Shown in pieces: positions 52,585 to 64,000 of a stretch of DNA of 64,000 nucleotides. The stretch comes from Penicillus capitatus (Eukaryota > Plantae > Chlorophyta). The stretch is from NCBI GenBank assembly GCA_965649825.1, contig OZ287694.1:1363197-1427196 (forward strand), written 5' to 3'. Position 1 is the stretch's first letter; every line of letters begins with the position of its first letter. The translations under genes and the position numbers were made by a program. The notes below the pieces were generated by a model. That model saw nothing but the letters and a program-made list of their open reading frames with translations, ran no database searches and was not told where the DNA came from.

Positions 52585-53731
52585 ATGACTCTTGTCCAAC
52601 GAACTTTCCCGCTAAACACGGATTGCGTCGAATTCTGTCGTGTTCGCGGATTTGAAAACCTTCTCGCCGTCGGTTGTTACGAACTCGACCTCCAGACCAA
52701 CGACCGACAAGGACAGATTCACATTCTTTGTTTGAAGCACGAGGATCATCACACTTCATTGCAGACAAACTGCAGCAACACTTGTTTGCCTGGCGTCCTT
52801 GACCTCAAGTGGTGTCCAGTATCACTGCAGCGCTGTGAGCTTAGTGCCGCCACTGCAGACGGTCAACTATACCTTTTCAATGTACCCTACACGTATCACA
52901 CCTCCAAATCCTTCAAGTCACGCAGGTTTCGGAAGGCGATTTGCGCATGGCGGACAGTGTCTCCCTCTCAAGCGCTCTGATACTATCCGTCGACTGGACG
53001 GCACCGACGCGGCTGGTGGCAAGTGCGTCGGATGGACAGCTCGCATGCGTTGCCGCGGCTGAATCATCCTTCGTTACAGACCGCACTTGGAAGGCGCATG
53101 AACTCGAAGTTTGGTGTAGTGCAACCAATCAGCATAACGTAAGACGCCCCATCCTCGGCAACGGACTCTCTTGAACCATCATCGCAGACGGATGTTGTGT
53201 ACTCTGGCAGCGACGACTGTTGCTTGAAAGGATGGGATACGCGAACAGGCTCGACGCCTGTTTTCACGGACCGTACGTCCCACACTGCTGGCGTCTGTAC
53301 GATTGTTTCGGATGTGCATAATGCGCATCGTCTTAGCACGGGCAGCTATGATGAGTTTCTACGACAATGGGACACACGTGAAATGTCGAAACCTGTCCTT
53401 ACCCAGAAAGTGCGGCTCTGATCACGTCCCGAGCGCTTTCGAGATGCGATTGGGACAGGTCCATTGCGGAGGCGGCGTTTGGCGTTTGAAGTGTCATCCA
53501 ATGAAGCAGGACTGTCTGGCAGCAGCTTGTATGCATGATGGTTTCAAAACGCTTTGTTCTATGAATGAACAATGGTCGATCGTACAAGAGTACAGAGCAC
53601 ACAGCAGTTTAGCCTATGGTATTGACTGGTGCTATGACCCGTCCAAAAATATCATCGCGAGTTGTTCGTTTTATGACAATCTCGTGCATCTCTGGGAAGC
53701 AAGCGGCGTCGCATCTCAACAAGAGAGATAA
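52585..53731 (+). CDS. DPH7: Diphthine methyltransferase DPH7/WDR85 (WD40)
   Basis: TDCVEFC...LLAVGCYEL, GVLDLKW, AHELEVWCS, |VVYSGSDDCCLKGWD, TGSYDEFLRQWD, GGGVWRLKCHP and SCSFYDNLVHLW. Confidence 0.9.
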
Positions 53732-53850
53732 ATTTCAAACAGTTTTTAAAGCACGCTTGCTTCTAGTGGCACATCAAATCAGGTCCTATAGTTGAGCGAC
53801 CGAATTCTACAGAGATGACAGAGTTATTTTGTTTTGTTATGTGGAGCTGC

Positions 53851-54872
53851 TCATTCAGCATAGTCCGGCGTCCATCCGTTTGGATTAGCATCTTTTCCGA
53901 GTCCGTACAGGATTCCTGCATGCTGCAGAGCACCTTCCACACCGTAAAAAAACGTCTTCACTAGTTTAATAAACGTCAAAGATGTCAACAGACTATCCGA
54001 TCCCGCCTAGAAAAGGATCCCAGTCTTATGTCTCCCCAGCAGCGGCATCATGTTGTGTCCCACCTGATGCTGTGGTCCGATGCGTTGAACTTGCAAAGCG
54101 TCTGCCACTCTGTTCAACCCTCCACGCAAGTTATCGCAAAACTTCATCAAATATTTTATGTCATACACCGTTGGAAAGTACAACTATGCGTACCACAAGC
54201 AAAATGAGGATGATGGCGAGAATGCACGATAGGGTGTTACCTTTAGAAGTTCGAAGAATTCAGATTCATCCCGTGGTAATGGTTGACAAGTGACGACTTT
54301 GAGCAAATACCCAAAGTCATAGCCGCTGTGGAACGTCACCCATTGCACTTTATCATTCAGCACAATCCCTGACGTCATTAGCAGCTCCCCAAATCGTTGT
54401 ACATCGATACCACGCTCTTGATTCTGCGCGAAGTCGATTCCAGACTGCTGAAGCAGATCTATACTGTCTTGGGCATAAATATCATCGCCCAGCTGAAACT
54501 CCCTGCATAACAGCTGAACATCCGAACAGGTCGATAGAAAGACAGTAACCTGAAATTGAACTGCCATACACAGAGCTCTCCCTCAATGATGGGCAGTCCA
54601 CCGTCAGCATCGGTAAAGCTCAGTCCAAGTTGTATTAGCTTCAGCAGGTCGACATTGAACTTGACCGTGAGATATTGATACTCTGGCGAATTTTTATATC
54701 CCCCAACAGGACGTACAACGACGCCTGGGAACTCCGTGTCCATTGCGACGTATGGGAACTCGTCCACGACGCCTTGCAGGAGCTCCATCTCTTCTTCTAG
54801 GTTGTCATCCCAGACTTCACGCACACGGAGGTATTCGCCAGCGGCTGTTCGAGTTGTGAGACCGCGCGCCAT
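53851..54872 (-). CDS. CAF1: CCR4-associated factor 1 deadenylase (CAF1/CNOT7), copy 1
   Basis: [32 protein letters not shown]|AGSDSLLT and GILYGLG. Three short introns; reading frame intact. Confidence 0.95.
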
Positions 54873-57800
54873 TCCGTAATGCTCCGACTCACAGTCGCCA
54901 CGAATCGCTTGAGAAACGGTGTCTTCGACGGAAACGAGGGTGAATTGCGCGAAATGGAGAGAACGAAAAATGAAAGCGTTAAGAGGGACAGGTTCTTGAT
55001 GGACATGTTCGCGACGCTTCGACGGTACCTTCTCCTCTCGTTTTGAACATGACGTGGCCCTGACCCAAATCTGTGGTTTCCACAAAGGGCGAGTCAACGC
55101 AAACAGTAGCGGATCGGAGAGGGCGAGTGAAATCTGTGGCACTAAAATAAGGAGGACGCGTCGTTTCAGCTGCTCCGACCCGTCGTGTACGGCAGTGCAG
55201 TAGTGAGTGGTGGTCCTCTGGGTCAAGGCTAACCTCGGACACAGAAGACGTAGGCATGCTACGGTTTGTACCTTCAGCTTTGTAGTTCAGTCACAATTTG
55301 GACATCGCGCCTGGCATCAGATGCATTCTGAGGGAATAATGGCAAACAGTCAGTCTCGTCGTAGTCCAGTCTCACACCTTTCTTTTCCACAATGGCGAAA
55401 AAGAAGCTGCTCGGAAAAGCCAAACAGTAAAGAGCGCGATGGCTGTTTCGTTAGTCCTCCTAGAGAAGCGACATAGCAATGTTATGTAAAGTGGACACAG
55501 GAGTGAGATAAGGTTCGGACAAACCAAAGTGCATCCAAGGCGTCATCAGTCTGGCAGACGTCGCGATTATTCCATCTCTCTTCAAATGACGCATTAGTCA
55601 GTTTCTTTCTATTCGATAGCTATAATGGATAAAGTGAGAGAAAGTGAGTGAGGCGTGGAGCGAAATGAATACTAAGAATGGTCAGGATGCTTAACGGCAA
55701 TGAACAAAGCAATCGGCAAAGCAAACGCTTACGTCCGTCCATGTTGTCGATGAGGCTATCAGAACAGGGTCTCACACTTCGAGGCCGCGTTCGTTTCCGA
55801 GGCGATAGTACCAGATAAATGCTACTTACTATCATTCAGGAAGAGCAATGCATCATCACTGGTTGGAGACGTCAGATCGAAAATGGGTGGGATGAGTGCA
55901 CAGTGCTTGACAAGTGGTAGCCGTCGTTCTTGTTCTTCAGATCAGTCCTTGGCAATGCACGACTTTGGATGTCTTATGAAACATTGATATTCGAAACGGG
56001 TCTCTGTTTTACAAAAAGTCGCCTGAACACTTGTACCTTCGAAAGATAGGTCTCGGTTTCTGCGACACGAGGCTATCAAATCTGTCAAATCGCCTAGAAA
56101 CGAAGGCTTTCTACGCATTTAGGCGTCCGGTATCGAGTGTCTTGAGTGTCCGCCCGACAGGACAATGTGATAACCATATTTGACAGGGCTCTGTTCGGCA
56201 CAGCATAAAACGTTGATGTGTTTTCTCCACGAAGTTCCGAGCGACAGACTTTCGAGAGAGGCAAGGACACTGAGCCGCCTTGACGCCGTTCGGTGAACAG
56301 CACTCTAAGATGACACGGATTCTTCGCGCAATAGAGTGCTTTCGGTTTCGCCCTCGACGTTGTCGCCGGCAGCTCTCGATATCCGAATAAAGGCAGTGTC
56401 ATTTCTGTAGGATAGATGACCTAATAACACGTTTTATTCCGCCAGTAATTCATGTCTCAGAACTCTGTACGACGATGCGGAATAATCGTCTTGAATGGCG
56501 TTACGATTGAAAAGGAATACAAACAGTAGGATGAAAGATTGTGTGTTTGTTCGTCTCAGAATGGTATCGTCCAAAACGCGCTCCATACAGTATTCAAAAG
56601 GCATGAGTTCGATTTGGCCCTTCTGGACGCCACGCAGGTTTTTGGGGTTCCAGAAGAGAACTATGGCGTTCGACATTTTGATCTGGTTATCTCATTATGA
56701 GTTTTGCAATCACACAAAAGAAGATCAGACGCCCATTTGCTGCGATCAGAGGCGTCTGCTATTCGTCTTGAAGTTCAGATTCTGGAACCGTCTGGAACCG
56801 TCGGTGGATGGAAAATGTGTTTCGCCGATGCTTGAGTAGAATCTGTCGTTCTGAAGATGTTGCGCTTCTGCAGCAAATAGATCGAAGTGTCTGCTCGCGT
56901 AAATAAAAAACGGCCATGAAAAGACGATGACAAGGTCCGTGTTTCAACACATCCTCGAAGAGGCTTTTCTATGAAGACGTTACTTGTATAAACAGCGTTT
57001 TACTGTCTGTGACGCAACTGTACATACGCTGATGTATGCGGGTCACCTGATGTGACTAGTCAAGCATGCTGATCGCACGCATCATCCAGATACCTGTAAC
57101 ACTACGGAAACAGAGGACAAGAATCTACTGAAGATAGCAATAGAACTTCCATGAAGGTAACCAACTATAGTACCTGAAGTTGGACAGAACTGCAGTTTCA
57201 AAAAAGAAGAAAAAAACACAGATCATACTTACAGGGTTGAACAACGAATATCTTTATAAGATTAGAGAAACGATATGATTATGAGTGCGATGACAGAAAT
57301 GTCAATTACCGACGTAGGCTTTAATCCTGTCGACTTAGATGTGGTGACATGGTATCGAAATCGTCTGGTACATGAAACAAATGGTTTGAATCTTTTTTGG
57401 CGTTTTCTGTGGGGTTCGTTGAAAGCTTTTTATCCAGCTATTTTTTTAACCCTCCTACTACCACAGCATCACTCTTACTCCGGGCATTCATTATAGCGCT
57501 GGCTGCGTCATCGTCAACGGTGGTGGCGTTTGAATCGACAGAATGCGGCGTAAGATTCTTTAGTTCAGTCACATCAGCTTAATTTTTGTATTCCCCGGCT
57601 TTGTTTCTGTGCCGTGAATCTCATCTCCTACTTCCTTGCCTGTTTCTGTCGTTTATGATGCTTCGGGAATGGTGTTCTGAGCATTTCTGGGCAGTTCTAT
57701 ACTAACTTAAGTTGGATTTGTCGTGCCTTTTGTCTCATCGATCGTTAAGCTTTCGCGAAGGGAAAGTATCATTTTCTTCTATGTTTGTTGTCTCCCGAGA

Positions 57801-60017
57801 AGTGTCTTGGGTGATATCACACTGTTTGTCTTCTACGTGTGTAATGTGAAAGTACTCAGTCTCATCTGATTTAAAGAGTCTTTTAAAACTGTTTAAGTAC
57901 TTTCGAAATCAGGTCGTTGAACTTGGCACAAGTTGAGAATCGCTTGACGAGTCCATGTCGTTGTTGCGCAGACGCGCAACAACGGACGGAAGAACGGACG
58001 AGAGGCAACGCAGAGGCTACAGATGAGATGACACGGTCAGTTATATACCCGAGGCAATCCACGGACGGACGTCACGTGGGAAGCTGCGACGTGTCCGGTC
58101 GTTGGTGCGGAAATCGCTGCGACCCTCCTTCGTCGATGGTCTTATTGTGTCTTTATTAGATGACCGGGATGAGGCGTTAACGTTTTTCTTGGCTTTTTAC
58201 ATCGTAAGTAGCCTTGATTATATTGCTTAGACTCAAGTTTGTTAGAATCGAGCGCTATGTTTATGATAGGTCTTATGAGTCATACGCCGCACCCGTCCAA
58301 ATGGAAATTTTTGCGAACGTAGATCGATGTAATGAAACGATAAGAGACGTCTAGTGTTCGATTGTTGATAGCTTGATCATTTGTCGGCGCTCTCTAAAAT
58401 TACGCGTCTGCGCGTTTAAAAACGGATTAACAACAAGGGCACAAACCCTTAGAAAAATCTAGAAAGTTCGAGGTTCAACAAAACGACGGTCGAATTCGTC
58501 TCTTCAACTCATCAACTTCATTTTTATTAATGATTTCGAAGGTTCTGGATGTTTCCGGCCCTATCGATCCCATCTGTCCCATCTTGAGCCGCTCACATCA
58601 TTTATCCAGTGCAAAAGTATATGAGGCTTGGCTTGTTTATTCGACTTGAGTTTCGAGAATACTTTGCTACCCTGCCCATTATTTGCCCTTTAAGCAAGAT
58701 ACAAACCTCGACATAATCGGAGAAATGGTATCATTTGCAACAATGTCTAGTGGATGGAGAAAAGTTCGGTGGTCTTGGTAATTCTTCGATTAGATTATAG
58801 ACTCGATGCCATGGTTAGAACATAGATTTTGACGTGTGGAAATTACCATGATTATGGAATATCCGAGGATTAAAGACACGAAAAGAACTTTAGAACGGTT
58901 ATACAGAAACTTCTTTGTTCAAGCTATCAAGAGACGGTGCAAGATATGCAAAGCACAGCTGTTTCAGTTTTACGTTAAATGATGGGCAGAATGAACGCAG
59001 GATTGGCACATCGGTAAAGAAAACAAAGAACTGTCACCTGGTAAAGAAAGCGGCGAACCGAACAATAATTGCAATGGCGAACGATCGACGTCGCTGCGAG
59101 CGATATCGTCGTGATGGCATTGACGATGACAGAGGATTCATATCAATCCAAGTCTGAAGAAGAAACATTAAGGCAAGAAGCCAAAAAAGATAAAGCTCAA
59201 GGAACAAAGTTTAATTAATAGCCAACGGTTACCTTCGAACATTTTCTTTATCCTAGTTGCATTAGATTTTGTTTTGAATAATATATCCAACTTAACAGGT
59301 TTTACTATTTTTGCTCTAGCTGCTCTAGTTACACCCTTCGAGCTTTAATACATGCCGTGCACACGGTTTCCAAACCTCGGTGTGAAAGTGTTGTACTCGA
59401 TCATGTATCGCATCGTTACTATTTATTGGCTTAAAACATCACGTCCATCGTCTAACGACTACAATAAGCAGGAATTGATAGCAGACATAAGCTAACCAAT
59501 ATGGATCGTTGCTTATACCTAGTAACTTTACCCCGAAGGTTAATCGAGGAACTCGGCTGCATTTATCATGCAGATAGATTAGATAAAGCGAAGGATAATA
59601 AAATGGCATCGCATCTCAATTGACTGGCACACTTTGTAACTTGCGAAGGGATGTTGTCTCCAACAGAAATGATTCCCATAAACCGTTATCATATCGTTAA
59701 GCTGCATTCAACAAACTACAACGTGTACTTCAAAGAGATCTGTGTAAATGCCACGCATGCATATGCAGATAGATTCTCGAGATATGATTAAGAAATTCGA
59801 ACAGCCATCAAACACTCGACATCACATTTCCACAGTGTAGGTCAATTCAGGAAAATCTACGGACTTGTAATGCCTCTGATTGGCCAGGGAGATAAATAGA
59901 AGGTTCTCCAAATACGTTAGAAGTAGTGTGACACGGATGCTTGACTATTTAAGCGGGTTATCCATGACAGCTAGAATCCAGACCAACTCGGAATCGCATC
60001 CTATGCGATAAAGCCTA

Positions 60018-60135
60018 ATGGGACAAAGTTGACGATTTTAGATACGCAGGATATTGAAGCAAGATACGTGACCATCATGCGACTTCAAGCCTATGTGCCA
60101 ATGGGCAGTGTTCATGGCTCCTGAACATCTACTTA
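60018..60135 (+). pseudogene. Decayed duplicate of the carotenoid oxygenase last exon
   Basis: gatacgcaggatattgaagca...atgcgacttcaagcctatgtgccaatgggcagtgttcatggctcctgaacatct versus gatgcgcaggacattgaagca...atgcgacttccaacctatgttcccatgggcgttcatggttcctggacatct. TGG has become TGA. Confidence 0.75.
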
Positions 60136-60477
60136 TACTTAGAACCACCCATCGGATGAGGCCTCGAAACCCATTGAGCTGAAGGTATCACAACTCCGCT
60201 TCTTGGCTGACCAAAGAATGAAATCCATTCTTTGTTTACTTAAAGCTATTAGCCGCTTCTGCTTTCGGAAGAGGCAAAGAAAATGGACAGTCTAGTCGTC
60301 AAGGAACGAGGCCAAGGAAATAAAGAAAGGACATTCGACCTAGATAAGAGTTTAGTCGCTCCCTCCTTCACGACTAAGTACAAGTCTCTTAATATAAACA
60401 GTAGATATTGACGAAGGCCTCCGTATAGAATGGATTTTCCAAACGTTTCTACTCTGCTGCTGATCGAACAGATCGTG

Positions 60478-61330
60478 CTACAGAATGTGTTCTTCGTCAC
60501 GGATGTAGTCCCCGACGTCTGCTTGGTGCAGTGCCACGGTCGCCGTGGGATCGATGTCTCTGCACTGCGCTGTTGTGCGCACGGACACGGCGAAGCCCAG
60601 TGGGATGTCCGACATGCTGTAGACCACCACGCCGGCATTCACTGGCATGTTCTCCGTTATCCTCCCCACTCCCGACTTCAGGATGTGGTGGCTGTACAGG
60701 AACTGCTGCTCGGCAGACGGCTTGACCCAGATCTGCAGCAGCACACGAAGATCTCAGAAGCAGGAGGAGCTTAAATCAGGCGGATGCAGTCATCATGAAG
60801 ACCGATGGTCATCATCAGGGATCCGAGCTCCTCGGCGGAAAGCTGAAAAATGGCAGGAATCATGCCGCGCACGGGCGGATCATCCGCGAGCCGCTGTTCT
60901 CTTCACGGGAGCCCTTCACCCGAGTTCCGCGCCTCACTTTGCAGACGGCGTTGTCGGCGAGCAGATCGAGGGCGCCGATCGTCAGGTGGAACTTCTTGCT
61001 GTGCGTGAACTTGCCGATGCACGTTCCGAGGCCGACCAGATCTGCCCGGGGTATCTACAAAGAAGCCCAACTAGGCGCTGGACGCGGGACGTCGAGACGC
61101 AGGCGGACGTTCACGGCGCTCCGGACGAGGCTCTCCCTGGCGTAGAAGACCTTGTCCCTGTGCAGCCGGAAGCAGTGGCTCTCGCCGCCTCGATCCGTCA
61201 GCTTGGAAAGGTTGGCGCCGACGTACTTGAGAAGCTTCTCGAAGACGAGCTTCGCCTCCTGAAGGGATTGGGTGTCTCGCGAAAGCGAGTCCAGACGCTT
61301 TGAGTCTACCTCTTCGGTCAGCGGTCGCAT
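60478..61330 (-). CDS. NIP7: NIP7, copy 2
   Basis: Same exon structure as copy 1; the only protein difference seen is E to D (LTERGG versus LTDRGG). Confidence 0.95.
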
Positions 61331-61536
61331 CTTCCGTCTGACAGCCCGCGGACGGTGGAAACGGGATCCGTAGTGTCCCTCGGCGTGAACGAGCGACTGA
61401 GAGGACAGCTGCTGATGGAATGTCGTATATAATGAGCTGACGTGAGCCGCTGTTTGTAATTGCTACATTTTCTGGAGCTTTCAACCTCGACGCAGCACAC
61501 ACCGTTCGTTGTCTCTGCCGTGAGAATCCGCTTAGA

Positions 61537-61960
61537 ATGCCTGGAGGGCGACCGAAAAAAGTGACATGGGAAAACATGAAAGAGGGACTGACGAAGGCCG
61601 AAATAAGTGTAAGTGACGTGTAGAGCGCCAGGCTTCGTTTCTACATAAGCTGTCCCTCTCCAGGCGGATTTGAGCAGAATTTTGGGCAAGAAACTCGACC
61701 TGAAGGAATTGGGTCGGTTTGCCCTTCGTAAACCGTCCCGAAAGAGTCCTCCTCGTTCGTTAGGGATCGAAGATGACGAGTTGTACGAAGTAGACTTCAT
61801 CTTGAAAGAACGGACGACCCCCGAAGGAAAGAGAGAACTACTAATCCGATGGAAGGGATACGGCAAGTCCGAAGACTCGTGGATACCAGAAAACAATCTC
61901 TCCTTGCCGATGTCGGCTTATCCTTTTCCCGGAAAGAACAAGTCAAAGGGAAAAAAATAA
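61537..61960 (+). CDS. Small AT-hook-like plus chromodomain protein, copy 2 (~122 aa)
   Basis: Starts MPGGRPKKVTWENMK, same intron position, chromodomain intact, TGTAA at 62011. Confidence 0.75.
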
Positions 61961-63917
61961 TGTGGTGTCAAGAGAACTATTATTAAACAGCCACAATGAA
62001 TTGGAAGGCCTGTAATCTCAATCTCTGATCAAAGCAATTCATCGTGTCTGCGCGTCCTCGATCGGCCATCTCATCACTCCTCGAACAAGTTTAAATCTTG
62101 TATAAAGATCCAAACATGATTTTTGGAAGAATCTTGACGAAAATGGCGTTTTGTTTACAAAGCCACTCGATCTGGCACGCAAATGTCTCTGTGTATCCAA
62201 CCGGACGGCTGTTTGGCGGTATCGGTGCAATCGATGGAATGATTGGCTAAAAACATGGCTTCATAGACGTGCAACGATCTTCAAAGCGTCGATACAAATC
62301 GACTTGCAACGTGTCATGTTATACACAACATGCATTTTTTAAAAACAATCTCTTCATCTCAAAGAATTCATTGAATGATTCTTCTTGTCCCGAGAAAAAA
62401 CGATGAATCTCCAAAGGCACACTCCCAAGACTTATGGTACAATGTTGGTTTTCGTTTTTTATTGTTTGTGAAGTTAGCTCTTTGACTTTCCTCGATTTTA
62501 AGCGCGGAAAATTTCTAGGAAAGATAAACGCACAAACAAATTCTCCCGATCCTCTAATGCACACGCCACTATCGAGAGAACCTCAAAGTTCTTAGTACAT
62601 TGTCATTCAATCGAGTCATTTATTCAATTCAACGACGCATCAAACGTTGTTGCCTCTTTTCCTCCAACACCTTCGTTGTGCATTTCCATGAGTTAACGCC
62701 ACTCACACAACAAACAATGCATCCAAGGATTGTTGGTTGCCTTTATGTGCTTGATCCACTATGCACATAGATCGATAAACCGTTAGACGGTTAGCGATAC
62801 TGAACTTCATCGTTATCGTTGCACCACGACTCTCTTCTTAGTGATAAATCTATTCGAAGGTATTTTGATCTGAACAGAGTCACAATTCCAGAAGCCATGT
62901 CTTCAGCGAAAGAGATCTACTGCCACGAGTCATGTCTAGATTCGCTGCAGCACAGGGAATTCTGCAATGTCGTCGAAGACGATCTGATCACTCGTTCGAT
63001 GCAACGTTGCTTTACGACTCGAATATCGTCATCCTTTTAGCTATCAGAGGACGCGTTAAACATGAGCGGCAATGATTGAAGGGACGCGCAGACATTGTCC
63101 GTTGATAGGGTCGAGTCGTTACGGCCGCCGCCGAAGTCGAGGGGTCCATAGCTTGCTTTAGCTTAGCTCCCTTGACTCTTTATTCATTGCGAACTGTGTC
63201 CATCGAGCTCTCGAACTCGACGTCGGACCAACGCGACCTGCTGATATAACGTAAGTCACGACGCGTAGGAACGGAACTCCTGAACGGCCGCATACGGCCG
63301 TTGTCTACTTTGGAAGCCGAAACAGCCGGTCCCTGAAAGACAGGACAGTCGAGCACAGACAAAGCTGTCAACAGAGACAACCAGCCGTAGTAGGTATCGA
63401 CGGTTATCTCGTCTCTACTTAAAGGACCGCGATGACGACCCCTTCTGAGACGATCCGTCCTGCAACCGACTGTGTTCGCAGACGTGTGTCAGCATCCGTC
63501 ACAATCGACAGAGTACGACGCGCGCCGAGGAATATCTGTCGCTTTGATGTGATGGCGACGGGCCCGTCAAGAAGACCGCGATTGACATTTTAACGCAACA
63601 GAAAAGCGACAGATAAAGCAGAACCTGCCGACGACCGCCTCTGCGGACGCATAACCTCCGGCGATTCTGTTTCTACAGAAGAATAGCAGGTGGAGGAGCA
63701 ATTGAGGACAGCTCGACCTGTCACATCAGTTAACGCTCCGAATCCGAAGACACTGCCATCGCCGATCGCCGTTTTTTCACGCCGTAGGCAAACGTGATTT
63801 ATTGTCAACCGTTTGAAAACACGTTTGTTTTCCAGGGCAATTCAAATTCGATTCTACTCTTGAATGATCTGCGACTATCGGAACTGTTACAGTTATTCTG
63901 TTTTGTATGCTGAAGGC

Positions 63918-64000
63918 TCATTCAGTATAGTCCGGCATCTGTCCACTTGGACTGGCATCTTTTCCGAGTCCATACAGAACTCCTGCATGCTGCAGTGCGC
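63918..64000 (-). CDS. CAF1: CAF1 paralogue, C-terminal end (runs off the window)
   Basis: Reverse strand reads [26 protein letters not shown] versus copy 1 [26 protein letters not shown]. The 3' flank 63800-63917 resembles 53730-53850. Confidence 0.8.
   Translation of the reverse strand, partial: ALQHAGVLYGLGKDASPSGQMPDYTE

Larger units (their letters stand above)
60018..62200. repeat. Segmental duplication copy 2
   Basis: Same order and orientation as 47400-49560. Confidence 0.85.

Noticed and set aside
56434-56950. Possible decayed PWWP-like gene (DLVIVFSWPFFI...IVLFWNPK)
   Set aside because: The resemblance is too weak, and the frames are broken by stops.
58652-59480. Frame with about 10 TAA/TAG and no TGA for ~275 codons, suggesting a TAR=Gln code as in some ulvophytes
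   Set aside because: Confident genes here end in TAA or TAG (GCN5, IF3, ispD, NIP7) and lack internal TAR. About one such TGA-free run is expected by chance across six frames of ~20 kb of AT-rich DNA, and the product is unrecognisable.

Overview
Gene-dense eukaryotic nuclear DNA from a plastid-bearing green alga. Plastid and green-lineage markers include IspD, plant-type MSH1, DRP5A, mTERF and a plastid DnaJ. A chlorophyte, possibly ulvophyte/Bryopsidales, origin is a low-confidence inference. From 1 to about 48 kb, roughly 25 housekeeping genes are packed with very short spacers (start codons 19 bp apart in one pair, stop codons overlapping in another). They are interrupted by uniform ~45-60 nt introns with degenerate donors, and one initiator tRNA-Met gene is present. 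From about 48 to 64 kb the DNA is AT-richer and gene-poor and carries an old tandem-type duplication (offset ~12.6 kb) of CCD 3' end, NIP7, a small AT-hook/chromodomain gene and CAF1. Most notable observations: (1) a GATGTGAC/GTCACATC motif found about 20 times, almost only in tiny introns and spacers, in both orientations and once as a perfect inverted repeat; (2) a nuclear, spliced, RT-less group II intron maturase (domain X plus decayed HNH); (3) an MSH1 lacking both the FXE mismatch motif and the GIY-YIG nuclease; (4) a ~99% identical, GC-elevated NIP7 island inside otherwise heavily diverged duplicates; (5) a duplicated AT-hook-chromodomain mini-gene with a purifying-selection pattern; (6) an initiator tRNA with U1:A72. 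All gene models were spliced by eye and no database searches were run.
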